Origin: Desulfuromonadales bacterium
GTDB taxonomy: Bacteria; Desulfobacterota; Desulfuromonadia; Desulfuromonadales; Geopsychrobacteraceae
Direction: 5' to 3'
Assembly (NCBI GenBank): GCA_019429255.1
Contig: JAHYIY010000012.1
Location: 2,505 to 66,504, forward strand
DNA length: 64,000 nt
In this document: piece by piece, positions 28,020 to 39,922 of the stretch
How positions within the stretch are numbered: the stretch's first letter is position 1
Layout of the letters: every line of letters begins with the position of its first letter
The notes under the pieces: model-generated
Seen by the model: the letters and a program-made list of their open reading frames with translations, nothing else
Databases searched by the model: none
Told to the model about the DNA's origin: nothing
Program-made: the position numbers and the translations under genes

Positions 28020-28814
28020 ATGATTTTCTGGTTAATTTACGCGCTGACCGGCGCAGTAGTCGGGGTGTTGGCCGGGCTGTTGGGGATTGGTGGTGGCGTG
28101 GTCATCGTGCCGCTGCTGACCTTCACCTTTGTTGCCCAGCAATTTCCTGAAACCTATATTCTTCATCTGGCCCTGGGAACCTCCCTGGCGACCATTATTG
28201 TTACCTCGATTTCCAGCTTTCGTGCCCACCACGCCCGCGGGTCGGTCAACTGGTCGGCCGTCAAGGGGTTGGCTCCCGGTATTCTGCTGGGGACCTTTAT
28301 GGGAACCTGGGTGGCAGCGCAACTCAGCAGTAAATTTTTAAGCGTGTTTTTTGCCTGTTTTCTCTATTATGTGGCTATTCAGATGTTGCTGAACATTACT
28401 CCGCGCCCCTCACGTAGCCTGCCGGGAAAAGCCGGGATGTTTGGTGTTGGCGGTGTCATTGGTGGCATTTCGAGCCTGGTGGGTATCGGTGGTGGAACCA
28501 TGACGGTGCCATTTCTGGGATGGTGCAACCAACCGATTCACACTGCGGTTGGCACCTCGGCGGCGGTCGGCCTGCCGATCGCCTTTGCCGGTGCCCTGGG
28601 GTATCTGCTTAATGGTCTGTTTGCCAGCGGTTTGCCGGCGGGCAGTCTGGGCTTTGTCTATCTGCCGGCACTGCTTGGCGTTGCTGTGGTGAGCTATTTT
28701 ACGGCGCCCTTCGGGGTTCGGCTGGCTCATGCTTTGCCGGTCGCTCGGCTGAAAAAAATCTTTGCCATTTTTCTGTTGTTGATGGGAACACGCATGGTCC
28801 TGAGTTTTTTTTAA
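28020..28814 (+). CDS. TauE/SafE-family membrane protein
   Basis: [32 protein letters not shown]. Confidence 0.9.
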   Translation: MIFWLIYALTGAVVGVLAGLLGIGGGVVIVPLLTFTFVAQQFPETYILHLALGTSLATIIVTSISSFRAHHARGSVNWSAVKGLAPGILLGTFMGTWVAAQLSSKFLSVFFACFLYYVAIQMLLNITPRPSRSLPGKAGMFGVGGVIGGISSLVGIGGGTMTVPFLGWCNQPIHTAVGTSAAVGLPIAFAGALGYLLNGLFASGLPAGSLGFVYLPALLGVAVVSYFTAPFGVRLAHALPVARLKKIFAIFLLLMGTRMVLSFF

Positions 28815-28845
28815 AGGGGCGCTTATACATAAAGAGGACTTTTTG

Positions 28846-29712
28846 ATGGAAAACTTCTGGTTTGCGTTTGGTTTGACGGTTTTTGCCGGTCTGGCCACCG
28901 GGGTTGGCAGTTTGATTGCGTTTATGGCAAAACGCACAAATTATCGTTTTTTATCGGTAGCAACAGGATTCTCAGCAGGGGTTATGCTTTATGTTTCCTT
29001 TGTTGAGATCTTTGTCAAAGGGGCCAACGTTTTAACCGAGGCCTATGGTGCCTATTGGGGACACTGGGTCAATACGGCAGGTTTTTTTGGCGGTATGTTG
29101 CTGATTGGCTTGATTGATACCTTAATTCCCTCTGCAGCCAATCCCCACGAAGTTCACTCTGAAGCGGAAGTCAGCCCTCTCAAAGATGAATCGGAACCTA
29201 TGCCGAAACAATTCATCAAGGATCATGGGCTGGGAAATAAAAAACTGCTGCGGATGGGCTTGTTTACTGCGTTGGCTATCACCATTCACAACTTTCCCGA
29301 AGGGCTGGCAACCTTTCTAGCAGCACTTGAGGATCCAGCTCTGGGCGTTGCTATCGCTATTGCCATCGCTTTACACAATATCCCAGAGGGAATCAGTGTT
29401 TCGGTCCCTATTTATTATGCCACCGGCAGTCGCTTCAAAGCCTTCTGGTATTCATTACTTAGCGGTCTTGCTGAGCCCCTGGGAGCCATCATCGGTTATC
29501 TGGGCATCATCTTTTTCTTTGGTGGGACTGACGGCGTGGTGCCACCACAGGTCATGGGGATCCTGTTCAGTGGCGTTGCCGGGATTATGGTTTATATCAG
29601 TCTCGATGAGTTGCTGCCTACCAGCCGGGCTTATGGCAAAGGGCATGACAGTTTGATCGGGCTGGTCGCCGGCATGGTGGTGATGGCCTTGAGTTTATTG
29701 TTGATGATGTAG
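28846..29712 (+). CDS. zupT: ZIP-family zinc transporter
   Basis: [32 protein letters not shown]. Confidence 0.93.
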   Translation: MENFWFAFGLTVFAGLATGVGSLIAFMAKRTNYRFLSVATGFSAGVMLYVSFVEIFVKGANVLTEAYGAYWGHWVNTAGFFGGMLLIGLIDTLIPSAANPHEVHSEAEVSPLKDESEPMPKQFIKDHGLGNKKLLRMGLFTALAITIHNFPEGLATFLAALEDPALGVAIAIAIALHNIPEGISVSVPIYYATGSRFKAFWYSLLSGLAEPLGAIIGYLGIIFFFGGTDGVVPPQVMGILFSGVAGIMVYISLDELLPTSRAYGKGHDSLIGLVAGMVVMALSLLLMM

Positions 29713-29741
29713 TTTTGTCGACTGATGATTACGGGCCGGCA

Positions 29742-30857
29742 ATGGCAAAAAAACGCGAACTGAGGCACTTACAAAAAGCAGCGACTGGCCACAGGTGGAC
29801 ACTGTGGTGCCTTGTTGTCCTCTTGTGCTTTATGCTGATCGGTTGCGGGGAAATCAACTATTATCGCCAGGCGGTGCTCGGTCAATGGCACCTGCTGGCC
29901 CAACGTCGTGATATTGAAAAACTGATCGCTGCTGAGCAAACACCCGCTGAATTGAAACAGCGCCTGGAGCTGGTGCAGGAGATCCGCGATTTTGCCGGCA
30001 CCGAATTGTTGTTGCCTGACAATCGCAGCTACCGAACCTATGCTGACCTTAAGCGCCCCTATGCGGTCTGGAATGTCGTCGCTGCCCCATCCCTGTCAGT
30101 TGACCCGCTTACCTGGTGTTTTCCCGTGGCCGGCTGCGTGCCCTACCGTGGCTATTTTGATCAAGGGGCGGCCCAGCGGTTTGCCCAGGGTCTGGAAGGA
30201 CAGGGATATGATGTTCATGTCTATGGCGTGGCTGCCTATTCGACCTTGAACTGGTTCGATGATCCGGTGCTCAATACCTTTGTCCATTACCCGGAAGCGC
30301 AGCTGGCCGGGTTGATTTTTCATGAGTTGGCCCATCAGCAGCTATACATTAAGGGTAATGGCAAAAACGACGGGGCGTTTAATGAATCCTTCGCCCAGAT
30401 GGTGGAGCAGGTTGGTGTTGAGCGCTGGTTACTGTCGCGCCGGCAACAGGACAAGATCACTGTCTATCGACAGTATCGCTCACGTCAGCAGGAATTTATC
30501 GAGCTGGTGTTGCAAACCCGTCAGGAACTCGAGAATTTGTACCAAAGTGATCTTGCAGAAGATATCCAGCTTGCGACCAAGAATCAGCTTTTAACTGAAT
30601 TTCACCAGCGCTACGCGACCTTAAAACAACAGTGGGACGGGGATGGGCGTTTTGATGGTTGGGTGGCGCGACCGCTGAATAATTCTCATTTTGCCCTGGT
30701 GGCAACCTATCACACTTATGTGCCGGCTTTTTTTGCCCTGCTCGAACAATCTGCTCGAGACCTGCCGTCATTTTACCAGAAGGCAGCAGAGCTTGCGGCT
30801 TTAGCGCCGACACAGCGCGATGCGATACTGCAAACCCTACTGAACGAAAACGATTGA
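29742..30857 (+). CDS. Putative zinc aminopeptidase lipoprotein
   Basis: LIGC lipobox, WCFPVAGCVPYRGYF, AYSTLNWFDDP, HELAH..NESFA. Confidence 0.88.
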   Translation: MAKKRELRHLQKAATGHRWTLWCLVVLLCFMLIGCGEINYYRQAVLGQWHLLAQRRDIEKLIAAEQTPAELKQRLELVQEIRDFAGTELLLPDNRSYRTYADLKRPYAVWNVVAAPSLSVDPLTWCFPVAGCVPYRGYFDQGAAQRFAQGLEGQGYDVHVYGVAAYSTLNWFDDPVLNTFVHYPEAQLAGLIFHELAHQQLYIKGNGKNDGAFNESFAQMVEQVGVERWLLSRRQQDKITVYRQYRSRQQEFIELVLQTRQELENLYQSDLAEDIQLATKNQLLTEFHQRYATLKQQWDGDGRFDGWVARPLNNSHFALVATYHTYVPAFFALLEQSARDLPSFYQKAAELAALAPTQRDAILQTLLNEND

Positions 30858-30876
30858 CAGTGCTGGTGCCGTTCCA

Positions 30877-30969
30877 TTGACCCATTGATGTCAAAAATCC
30901 AGCAGCAAATTCTATCTTGTGTTGACTCTATCGACTTTTCATAAAAATGTGTCTAAATATTGACACATT
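30877..30969. promoter_or_regulatory. Two inverted-repeat candidate TF sites
   Basis: TTGAC-N8-GTCAA (30877-30894) and AATGTGTC-N8-GACACATT (30946-30969). Confidence 0.5.
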
Positions 30970-31084
30970 ATCAGCGAATCATTATATTCAGCTATTGGTA
31001 GGGACAATGAAAAGATGTCAGGCACCGATGTTTATTGACCCTGCAAGGCCTGATGCTTTCGCCAAAAGCATCAGGTTGGTGAGC

Positions 31085-31393
31085 TATTACTGCGGTGAGT
31101 AAATAACCTGTCATCCTCGCGTACTTTAGTCGGGGATCCATTCTTTGATGGCGTCGCAAAAACTCACCAACTGCCGCGTTGCTGCGTTTATTTCGCTGCT
31201 TCGACGTACGTAAGTACGCCTCATTGCTCAACAAACGCGCGCCTTGCATTTGGCGCTTTTTGCTTAGCCGGCTAACCGGATACTTTTTGCGAGAGCATCA
31301 TTCTTTAACAGCCTAAAATCTCACTGGATTCCCGCTTTCGCGGGAATGACGATGTGAGTTCAACTTTTAACTGTTTTGTTGCCGAAGCAATAA
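31085..31393. repeat. Nested repeat cluster: outer IR element enclosing a REP-like pair
   Basis: TATTACTGCGGTGAGTAA / TTGTTGCCGAAGCAATA; inside it GTCATCCTCGCG..GGGGATCCA and TGGATTCCCGCTTTCGCGGGAATGAC. Confidence 0.6.
31147..31299. mobile_element. 153-bp MITE with 7-bp target duplication
   Basis: TIRs GATGGCGTCGCAAAAA / TTTTTGCGAGAGCATC; ATTCTTT at 31140-31146 and 31300-31306. Confidence 0.8.
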
Positions 31394-31502
31394 CGTACCT
31401 CGAAGCAGTGAGACGATGGCGACTGTTTTCAGACTGGCGCAGCAGTTGGTGCGTTTTTGCGCCGCCATCAAGGCTTAATAGCCACTGAATGGGACACTAC
31501 CT

Positions 31503-32555
<1,053 letters not shown>

Positions 32556-32631
32556 CTTGTGGCCATTCGGAAACCCTGAATGAACCGGACGCAAGTTTCT
32601 GATTCGAAAAGGAGCCGTTTCCGGACGGACA

Positions 32632-33708
32632 CTAGCTGACTTTCTGGAAGTGCCTGGATACCGTGTTCTGAATCTCGTTGGTGGTGGCCGGGATCACCAG
32701 AATATCCCTGGCGCCATATTTGATCGCCCGCAGCACGGCTGAACGGGTCCACTCTTTTCCGGCAAAAATCAGCGGTGGCAGGGTGCGGTTGGCTGATTGA
32801 AGTTTGATCGCTGCGGCGAACCCCTTTTCACCTATCTGCGCCATCACCAGGAAAATTCCCAGAACCTGATACTGTTGCAGCAGCCCCTTGATATCATCCT
32901 GAAAGCTCGCTACCCGACAGTCGTAGGATGCCGAGGCGAGAATCTCGACAAAGGTCTCGGCGGCACCTTGCTGATCGCTTAAAATCAGTACAATCGGTGG
33001 ACCGGTCGGTGCAGTTTCAGCTGTTGTCGTTGTTGCAGAAGCGGCCGGCGCTGTTTGATCAGTGCCGGTGGCTACTGTCGGGTTCCCCCAGGCGTCAGCA
33101 GCCGGGGCATCCAGATCAAAAAGTTCCGCCGGAAAGACCAGTAACAGGCGGTGAAGCTCGTAGCTGTCCATGCCAATGGTAAAGGACGCCAGGTAATAGC
33201 TGCCTGCGGCAAACGGCTGATTGGAAGAGGAGTCAATCTGGGTTGGAACAATGGTCTGACTTTCGGTGCGGACAAAGCGCAGCTGCTGCGGGTATCCATC
33301 GAGAAAAACCCGGGTTAAGCTGCCGGCCAGAATATTGGCGATCTCTCCATAAGCAGCGGAAACTTCCCCGTCAAACTCTCCTTTTTGCATTTTTACGGCA
33401 ATCTGGTCATCCGGAAGCATAATCAGGGTGCCACCCATGGCAATTGCATCGGGAACCTGGGTCAATAAATACCCCACCCCTTTTTTATCACCACTGACCT
33501 TCATTTGGGTCAGGATCGCCTTGTTCACGCAATGAGAAGAGAAAAGTTCCTCTTTGGTCGTCATTACCAGTTGGGTGTCACTGCACCTGAGAGTTTGGCC
33601 GAGCAGGGCGCCGATTTCGCCCGTCAGGGTGTGCATTCCGGCTTGACAGACTGCATCTATGAGTGCCCTTTGCTTCAAAATAACCTCGCGTTGCGAAGAG
33701 GAGCCCAA
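32632..33708 (-). CDS. CheC-like domain plus atypical receiver domain protein
   Basis: AYGEIANILAG (CheC/CheX ExxN motif); C-terminal receiver fold lacking the canonical Asp; start uncertain. Confidence 0.65.
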   Translation of the reverse strand: MGSSSQREVILKQRALIDAVCQAGMHTLTGEIGALLGQTLRCSDTQLVMTTKEELFSSHCVNKAILTQMKVSGDKKGVGYLLTQVPDAIAMGGTLIMLPDDQIAVKMQKGEFDGEVSAAYGEIANILAGSLTRVFLDGYPQQLRFVRTESQTIVPTQIDSSSNQPFAAGSYYLASFTIGMDSYELHRLLLVFPAELFDLDAPAADAWGNPTVATGTDQTAPAASATTTTAETAPTGPPIVLILSDQQGAAETFVEILASASYDCRVASFQDDIKGLLQQYQVLGIFLVMAQIGEKGFAAAIKLQSANRTLPPLIFAGKEWTRSAVLRAIKYGARDILVIPATTNEIQNTVSRHFQKVS

Positions 33709-33839
33709 GGCCAGGTGAGCTGAAACTGCAGCTCAACAAAAAAGCTGACCCTGGCTGGTGGTAAAATGTACGACAACCCGCTGACGGCTTTTCAGGAGCG
33801 GGGATGATCTGGGACTGCCCTGCAAGACCGCCGGCACCG

Positions 33840-34182
33840 GGGCAGTGGCTAACTACCATGGCAGCAAGACTACCGGTCAGGTTGATCATGGTCGGGGCAT
33901 GACAACCGATCGCCTGTTTGCCGGATTCAAAGGGCGGCTGAGCGGCGCTATCGATGCAGATCATGCAGTTGAAGGTCTCATCGGTTGTTGCTGATATTAG
34001 TTTTAGCAAAATTCACAGTAACTGTTCAGCACTGGATCTTCGGATCCTATGACAAGGGACGCGATTGTTTCCCGTTGGGTCATCCATGACCGCTTGTTCT
34101 CGCCGTCCATGGCGACAAACACCCTTGCCACAGGAGCCAAAGGCCCTGCGCAAGGATAGTGCTGAATAGTTACGATTCGCAT
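33840..34182 (-). pseudogene. CheX-like gene interrupted by a MITE
   Basis: Removing the MITE and one TSD restores the AGGA RBS and MRILLKLISATTDETFNCMI..MINLTG..SHCP. Confidence 0.5.
34018..34173. mobile_element. 156-bp GTAAC-ended MITE, full length
   Basis: TIR GTAACTGTTCAGCAC / GTGCTGAATAGTTAC; flanks AATTCACA and GATTCGCA (6/8 match). Confidence 0.88.
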
Positions 34183-34449
34183 TGACGTCCTGAACGAATA
34201 GTTATTGCTCGGGGATGGAGGGACCGGCCGGGTCAGAGCTGCGTATAGTCAACAATCAATACCCGGAATTTTTGTTTCATTTACAAATTGCCCTTGTGAT
34301 AGAGCGCCGGTTTTATTTTGTTTCCCGGAATGTCGACAACCTCGCTGACTTTATTAACCACGAGGCCGAACCCGGTTGAATTAACACGGACGACGATAAT
34401 GCCGGTACCGTCATCATCGCCGCGTCATACATTGGTATCTCTGCGCTGC

Positions 34450-35700
34450 TTAAGAGTTTTTCAGCGGTGTTATAGCGGGCTTCTTTTTTCGCCGCCGGCG
34501 TTTGCGGCGAAGCGGGAGCTTAGGCGGCGAATCAGCGCCGTTGATAGCTGGATGCCATTCCTGCAACAGCGGCCGGAGATCGGGTCGAACCTCAGTCCAG
34601 AGAGTAAAGAGCTCCATCGCGTTGGCGGTGGCGGGGTGGCGCAAAAATTTCTGTTCGCCACGCTGGCCGCGGCCACGGACCAGCCGAAAACAGCCGAGGA
34701 GCAGGTCGCGCGCCTGGATACGGATGCCGGCGGCGATGCTGAAATAACGGCAGTGGGGTGTCAGAATATCGTTGGCGGATTGTACGGCGGTTGTAATGGC
34801 GGTGCCGCGCTCCGGCGGGCAACTGTCCATAAACAGGCGCAGATAGAGTGCCGCAAGAGCAAAGCTTTCATCGATGGCCGTGCCGCAGCGCGTGCGTGCG
34901 TCGACCTGCGCCAGCATGGCGATTCCTTCGTCGGTACCCGGGTAACCGGCGAGCAGATGCGGAAGCATGCCAAGCTCCCGGCAGTGGCGTAATACCGGAG
35001 CAGCGATGCCGTAACGGAATAGCGCCATGACCTCTTCGCGCACCCGTGCCGGTGCAGCTGTGGCCAGCAGTTCCCGGTGTTCTTCGATGGCTGGGATAAT
35101 GTTGTCGCACAGGTTGAAATCGAGACGGGCAGCAAATTCGATGGCGCGTAACATGCGCACCGGATCTTCGACAAAGCGCACCAGCGGATCACCGATGACG
35201 CGAATCAGCCGTTGCTTAAGATCAGCAAGGCCGCCAATATGATCGACGACGCTGAAATCAGCGATATTATAGAACAGGGCGTTGATGGTAAAATCGCGAC
35301 GATAGGCATCCTCGCACGGGCTGCCAAAAAGGTTCTGGACAAAATGCAGATGATCGCCGGGATCGTCGGGAAGTTCTTCCGGGGAGACCTCGCGGCGAAA
35401 GGTGGCGACCTCGATCAGCTTGTTGCCGGCAAAGCGGATATGGGCGAGGCGAAAACGGCGTCCGACGAGAAAACAGTTACGGAACAGGCGTTTAATCTGG
35501 TTGGGAGTGGCATCGGTGCCGATGTCAAAATCTTTGGGCGTGCGCCCGAGCAGCAGATCACGTACGCTGCCACCCACCAGATAGCTTTTGAAACCGTTCC
35601 GGTGCAATCGGTAAAGCACCTTCAGGCAATCTTCATCGATCTGCTGGCGTGAGATCGGATGCTGGTCGCGTTGGAGAATAATGGGCAGGTCAGGATTCAT
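34450..35700 (-). CDS. pcnB: Poly(A) polymerase I
   Basis: LVGGSVRD, KDFD, LVGRRFRLAHI (PAP signature), EVATFR, RRDFTINAL, EDPVRMLRA, basic tail. Confidence 0.93.
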   Translation of the reverse strand: MNPDLPIILQRDQHPISRQQIDEDCLKVLYRLHRNGFKSYLVGGSVRDLLLGRTPKDFDIGTDATPNQIKRLFRNCFLVGRRFRLAHIRFAGNKLIEVATFRREVSPEELPDDPGDHLHFVQNLFGSPCEDAYRRDFTINALFYNIADFSVVDHIGGLADLKQRLIRVIGDPLVRFVEDPVRMLRAIEFAARLDFNLCDNIIPAIEEHRELLATAAPARVREEVMALFRYGIAAPVLRHCRELGMLPHLLAGYPGTDEGIAMLAQVDARTRCGTAIDESFALAALYLRLFMDSCPPERGTAITTAVQSANDILTPHCRYFSIAAGIRIQARDLLLGCFRLVRGRGQRGEQKFLRHPATANAMELFTLWTEVRPDLRPLLQEWHPAINGADSPPKLPLRRKRRRRKKKPAITPLKNS

Positions 35701-35837
35701 GTCAGTCCGCTGATAAGAGCTGGTTAGAGTCAGGCGGACTATAGCAATTCAATCAGTGAAAAAAAACCGTTTTGATTGGAAAAACGGCAGTCTTTTTATT
35801 AGCCTGCCGCAATTATCGGACCTATTGGTGAGCAACT

Positions 35838-36749
35838 GTGATAAAAACTTTGGATGCACTGGTTATATTGGGCGCGACTGCCGGCGGTAAAACCGCCCTG
35901 GCAGTGGCAGCGGCACGACATTTCGGTGGTGAGATAATTTCCGCCGATTCACGCCAGGTCTATCGTGGAATGGACCTGGGAACCGGCAAAGATCTTGCTG
36001 AATATGGAGAAATTCCCTATCACCTGATTGATATTGCAGAGGCCGGCAGTGAATACAACCTCTTTCAGTTTCAGCGCGATTGCTACGCGGCAATAACCAC
36101 GATCCGTCAGCGGCGCGCCTTACCGATTATTTGCGGCGGTACCGGCCTCTATCTTGATGCGGTGCTGAAGGGCTATCATCTGGTTGAGGTAGCGGAGAAT
36201 CCGCAACTGCGTGAACAAGTGGCAAGCTTAAGTGATGAACAGTTGCGTCAGCGCTTGCTGGAATTGAAGCCCCGGCAGCACAACCGCACCGACCTTGATG
36301 ATCGTGACCGTCTGGTGCGCGCTTATGAAATTGCCCTTGGCGAAACCACCGCAGCACCAGCCGAACCCTTCGTCTGGCGGCCGCTGGTGTTCGGCTTGCG
36401 CTGGCCGCGTGTGGTTCAGCGCCGCCGCATTGCGGTGCGGCTGAATGAGCGCCTGGAGCAGGGGATGATCGCGGAAGTTGAGGGGCTTTATACTGCTGGC
36501 GTCAGCTGGGAGCAACTGGAATTCTACGGCCTTGAATATCGTTATATCGCGCATTACCTTCAGGGGAAATTGCGCCGTAGCGAAATGGTTCAGCAACTTG
36601 CCGTCGCCATTGGTCAGTTTGCCAAGCGTCAGGAAACCTTCTTCCGGCGGATGGAAAAGCACGGGGTGCAGATCATCTCGCTTGATGCGCAAAAAAATCC
36701 CTTCGCTCAGCTCTGTTCTTATGTTCAACAGTACCGGATCGACCTTTAA
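35838..36749 (+). CDS. miaA: tRNA dimethylallyltransferase
   Basis: GATAGGKT, ISADSRQVYRGMDLGTGK, GGTGLY, AKRQ. Confidence 0.9.
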   Translation: MIKTLDALVILGATAGGKTALAVAAARHFGGEIISADSRQVYRGMDLGTGKDLAEYGEIPYHLIDIAEAGSEYNLFQFQRDCYAAITTIRQRRALPIICGGTGLYLDAVLKGYHLVEVAENPQLREQVASLSDEQLRQRLLELKPRQHNRTDLDDRDRLVRAYEIALGETTAAPAEPFVWRPLVFGLRWPRVVQRRRIAVRLNERLEQGMIAEVEGLYTAGVSWEQLEFYGLEYRYIAHYLQGKLRRSEMVQQLAVAIGQFAKRQETFFRRMEKHGVQIISLDAQKNPFAQLCSYVQQYRIDL

Positions 36750-38003
36750 ATGCAGCGCCAGCTGAAAAAATACCTCGATAATCGTGCTGCCCTGGCTCCC
36801 TGGCGGTTGGCCGGCAGCAGTACGTCAACCGTAGATGCTGCGCTTGTGATTCCGGCACTGGCAGAAGCGGATAGCCTGCCGGCGACCCTCCAATCCCTCG
36901 CAACCAACGATCCTGATCTGCTCAAGCGCACCCTGGTGATCGTGGTGGTTAATCAGCGCCAGGATGTGTCGGCAACCCTGCGGCGTAACAACGAGAGGAC
37001 CCTGTCCTGGTTGGCATCCCAACCCTGCTCACCGCTGCAGTTGAACTGGATCGATGCCGCCAGCACCGCTTTTGAGCTGCCGCCCGGGCAGGGGGTCGGA
37101 CTGGCCCGCAAGATCGGCTTTGATGCGGCATTGGAGCGGCTTAACTGGAACAACGGCCCCTTTTTGATTTCCCTTGATGCCGATACCCTGGTTGATCCTG
37201 ATTATCTCACGGCACTGTTTCGCCACTTTGCTACAGCGCAACAACCTGGTGCCGTGCTGCCCTTTCGCCATCAGGCAGCAACAGATCTGGTCGAGGAAGA
37301 GGCTATCCGCGCTTATGAGCTCTATCTGCGCAGCTACCGGTTCGGGCTTGAAACGGCCGGATCGCCCTATGCCTATCATAGTATTGGCAGCGCCTTTGCC
37401 TGTCGGGCGCAGGGTTATATTGCCGCCGGCGGGATGAACCGGCGGCTGGCCGGTGAGGATTTCTATTTTCTCCAGCAGCTCAACAAGGTCGGCGGGGTTG
37501 CAGCTTTACAGGGAACGCTGGTGCACCCGGCTTCGCGTTGTTCGGAGCGCGTGCCTTTTGGTACCGGGCGCATCGTCGCGCAGTCTCGGCAGGGAACGCG
37601 GCCCGCATACCGCCTGGTTACTGCACAGGCCTTTGCCCAACTGCAAGAGTGGCTGGGGATGGTTGCGGCGCAGCCCAATGGTACGGCTGACGACCTGCTG
37701 AAACGGGCGCAGCAGATTTCAAGGGAGCTTGCCGCCTTTCTCGTTGAGCGCGATTTTTCTACCTCCTGGGTGCGATTGCAGCGAAATCACGCTAGTAGCA
37801 CTCAACGACTGCGTGCCTTTCATCACTGGTTTGACGCTCTGCGCACCCGTCAACTCCTCACCCGTCTGACAGCAGCTGCTGACGACCCAGCCTTGCTGGT
37901 GACAGAATTGCTGGGGTGGGGCGGTTATGAAGGCTGTCATGATGCCGCAGCGCAACTGGCGTTGCTGGAAGCTTTGCAGGGGGTATGCAGGCACAGGGAC
38001 TGA
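36750..38003 (+). CDS. Glycosyltransferase family 2-like protein
   Basis: VIPALAE, GVGLARKIG, LDAD, GSAF, GEDFYF, RVPFGTG. Confidence 0.8.
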   Translation: MQRQLKKYLDNRAALAPWRLAGSSTSTVDAALVIPALAEADSLPATLQSLATNDPDLLKRTLVIVVVNQRQDVSATLRRNNERTLSWLASQPCSPLQLNWIDAASTAFELPPGQGVGLARKIGFDAALERLNWNNGPFLISLDADTLVDPDYLTALFRHFATAQQPGAVLPFRHQAATDLVEEEAIRAYELYLRSYRFGLETAGSPYAYHSIGSAFACRAQGYIAAGGMNRRLAGEDFYFLQQLNKVGGVAALQGTLVHPASRCSERVPFGTGRIVAQSRQGTRPAYRLVTAQAFAQLQEWLGMVAAQPNGTADDLLKRAQQISRELAAFLVERDFSTSWVRLQRNHASSTQRLRAFHHWFDALRTRQLLTRLTAAADDPALLVTELLGWGGYEGCHDAAAQLALLEALQGVCRHRD

Positions 38004-38122
38004 TGCAGGGATTAACGACGAGATTCGCAAGGTTTTGCTTGGCTCCGTTAGTCCAATGATGGCAGAATACCTCTTTTGTTTGCGTACCCACTAACCTTAA
38101 TCTCCAAGTACAGGTTTGCTTT

Positions 38123-39835
38123 ATGACGCTGCTTTATCGTATCGCTTTATTGATGTTTTTGGTGCCGGCGTTAGCTCTGGCTCAGTTGCCAGATCAGCTG
38201 CTGGAGGATTTTGCCCCGGCCGACGGAATTGTGCTGATGGCCATAGGTGACTCCTGGCTGGTGGATCTGGATATCAATCAGAATTTGCGCCCGGGAGATA
38301 TCCTTTCGGTCATGTCTCCCGGTGAAACCATCGTTCATCCGCAAACCCGTGATATTGTCGGTCGCATCGATCACGTCGTCGGCTTTCTGGTGGTTTCCCG
38401 TGTCATGTCCGGTTATTCCTATGCGGATCTGCTGACCAAGGAGTTAAGTCTGCAGGCGGGGGATCAGGTACGGCGTTTCGAACGAATCCCGGCCTATATT
38501 GATGGCGCTGTTCCGGAAAACCTGGCGCAGGAACTTAAACGCAGTCTGAGTCATCTTGAGTGGGTTGCCACACCTCCTGACACCGCGGACCCGGGACTGT
38601 CCTTTCAGTTGCAGAACGAGCGTCTGAATGTTACCGGACGGGCCGGTGCGGTTGTCGGCAGTTACCGTTACAGCACGGGGCAAGAGTTGGCACCGATGAC
38701 ACCTGCCATTCGTCAAACCGAGCCGGTTGCTCCTGTTGGTCCCGAGCGCAGTGCGCTGAATCGCGGTGTTGATTCCCTGCTTGGCACTGTTGGCTTGTCG
38801 CGTGGCGATACCCGTCTGGAAGCACCGGGGATTGCTCGTCAACAGCAGTCCGATGGCGTCTGGATCAGCCCGCCGCTGGGTGAGAATCCAGTTGGGTTGG
38901 CCGTTGGTGACCTGACCGCTGATGGGCGTAGCGAGATTGCCATTGCCCTGGAAAATGAACTGCGCATCATGCGGATGAAGGATGGCCAGTTTAGCGCTGT
39001 CGGCGTCGTCAGTTTTCCGGCTGGTACGCGACTGCTGGCGATTGATGCTCACGATCTTAACAAGGATGGTCGTGCCGAACTCTATATCACTGCCGTCATT
39101 GACAATGATCTGCGCAGCCAGGTGGTGGAATATCGTAATGAGCGCTTCGAGCGGGTTATCACCATGGTCAACTGGTTCATGCGGGTGGTCGATCTGCCGG
39201 GTGAAGGACCAGTCCTCCTTGGTCAGCGCCTGAGCCGTAGTGATGAGCCATTTTTGCCGCCGGTATTCCGCATAGAGCGTACCGGCGACCGTCTGTCGCG
39301 CGGTGCTGATCTGGATTTGCCGGCGCGGATTAATCTGTTCAGCATGCTGCCGATTACCGCCGGCAATGGTGAAACCCTCTATGCTTCATTATCGGCCGAT
39401 GATCGTTTGCAACTGGTCAACAGCAGCAATGACCGCCTGTGGCGTTCCAGCGATTACGTTGGCGGTTCGGATATCAGTTTTTATAACCGCCCGGAATCTG
39501 AGGCGACAATGCGTGTGCCGGTCGCCATGCAGAAGCGTCTGGTGCGTCTGGCTTCGGGTGAGATTTTGACCATCCAGAATCAGGGGTCACGTTTGCTGCA
39601 AGGGTTGCGCACCTTTAGCGATGGACAACTGGTCGCCTATGAGTGGGATGGTAGCAGTTTACAGCTTATTGAGCGCTGGCGCACCCCGCGGCAAAAAGGA
39701 TATATCGCTGACTTTATCGTTGCCGACATTGATGACAATAGTGAACTGGAACTGATTGTCGCCATGCGTTTCCAGGAAAAAAACATCCTGCAGCGTGGTC
39801 ATTCCGCCCTGATGGTGTTTAAACTACAACAGTAA
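38123..39835 (+). CDS. Exported FG-GAP/VCBS-repeat protein
   Basis: Signal peptide; VGDLTADGRSEI, HDLNKDGRAEL, ADIDDNSELEL repeats. Confidence 0.8.
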   Translation: MTLLYRIALLMFLVPALALAQLPDQLLEDFAPADGIVLMAIGDSWLVDLDINQNLRPGDILSVMSPGETIVHPQTRDIVGRIDHVVGFLVVSRVMSGYSYADLLTKELSLQAGDQVRRFERIPAYIDGAVPENLAQELKRSLSHLEWVATPPDTADPGLSFQLQNERLNVTGRAGAVVGSYRYSTGQELAPMTPAIRQTEPVAPVGPERSALNRGVDSLLGTVGLSRGDTRLEAPGIARQQQSDGVWISPPLGENPVGLAVGDLTADGRSEIAIALENELRIMRMKDGQFSAVGVVSFPAGTRLLAIDAHDLNKDGRAELYITAVIDNDLRSQVVEYRNERFERVITMVNWFMRVVDLPGEGPVLLGQRLSRSDEPFLPPVFRIERTGDRLSRGADLDLPARINLFSMLPITAGNGETLYASLSADDRLQLVNSSNDRLWRSSDYVGGSDISFYNRPESEATMRVPVAMQKRLVRLASGEILTIQNQGSRLLQGLRTFSDGQLVAYEWDGSSLQLIERWRTPRQKGYIADFIVADIDDNSELELIVAMRFQEKNILQRGHSALMVFKLQQ

Positions 39836-39922
39836 CATCTATTAGTTACGGCTGGATTGATTTTGCTGGATTGATCCAGCCGTATCTCTTTTTGCTTTGC
39901 TATGGTGACCGCGACACTCCCC

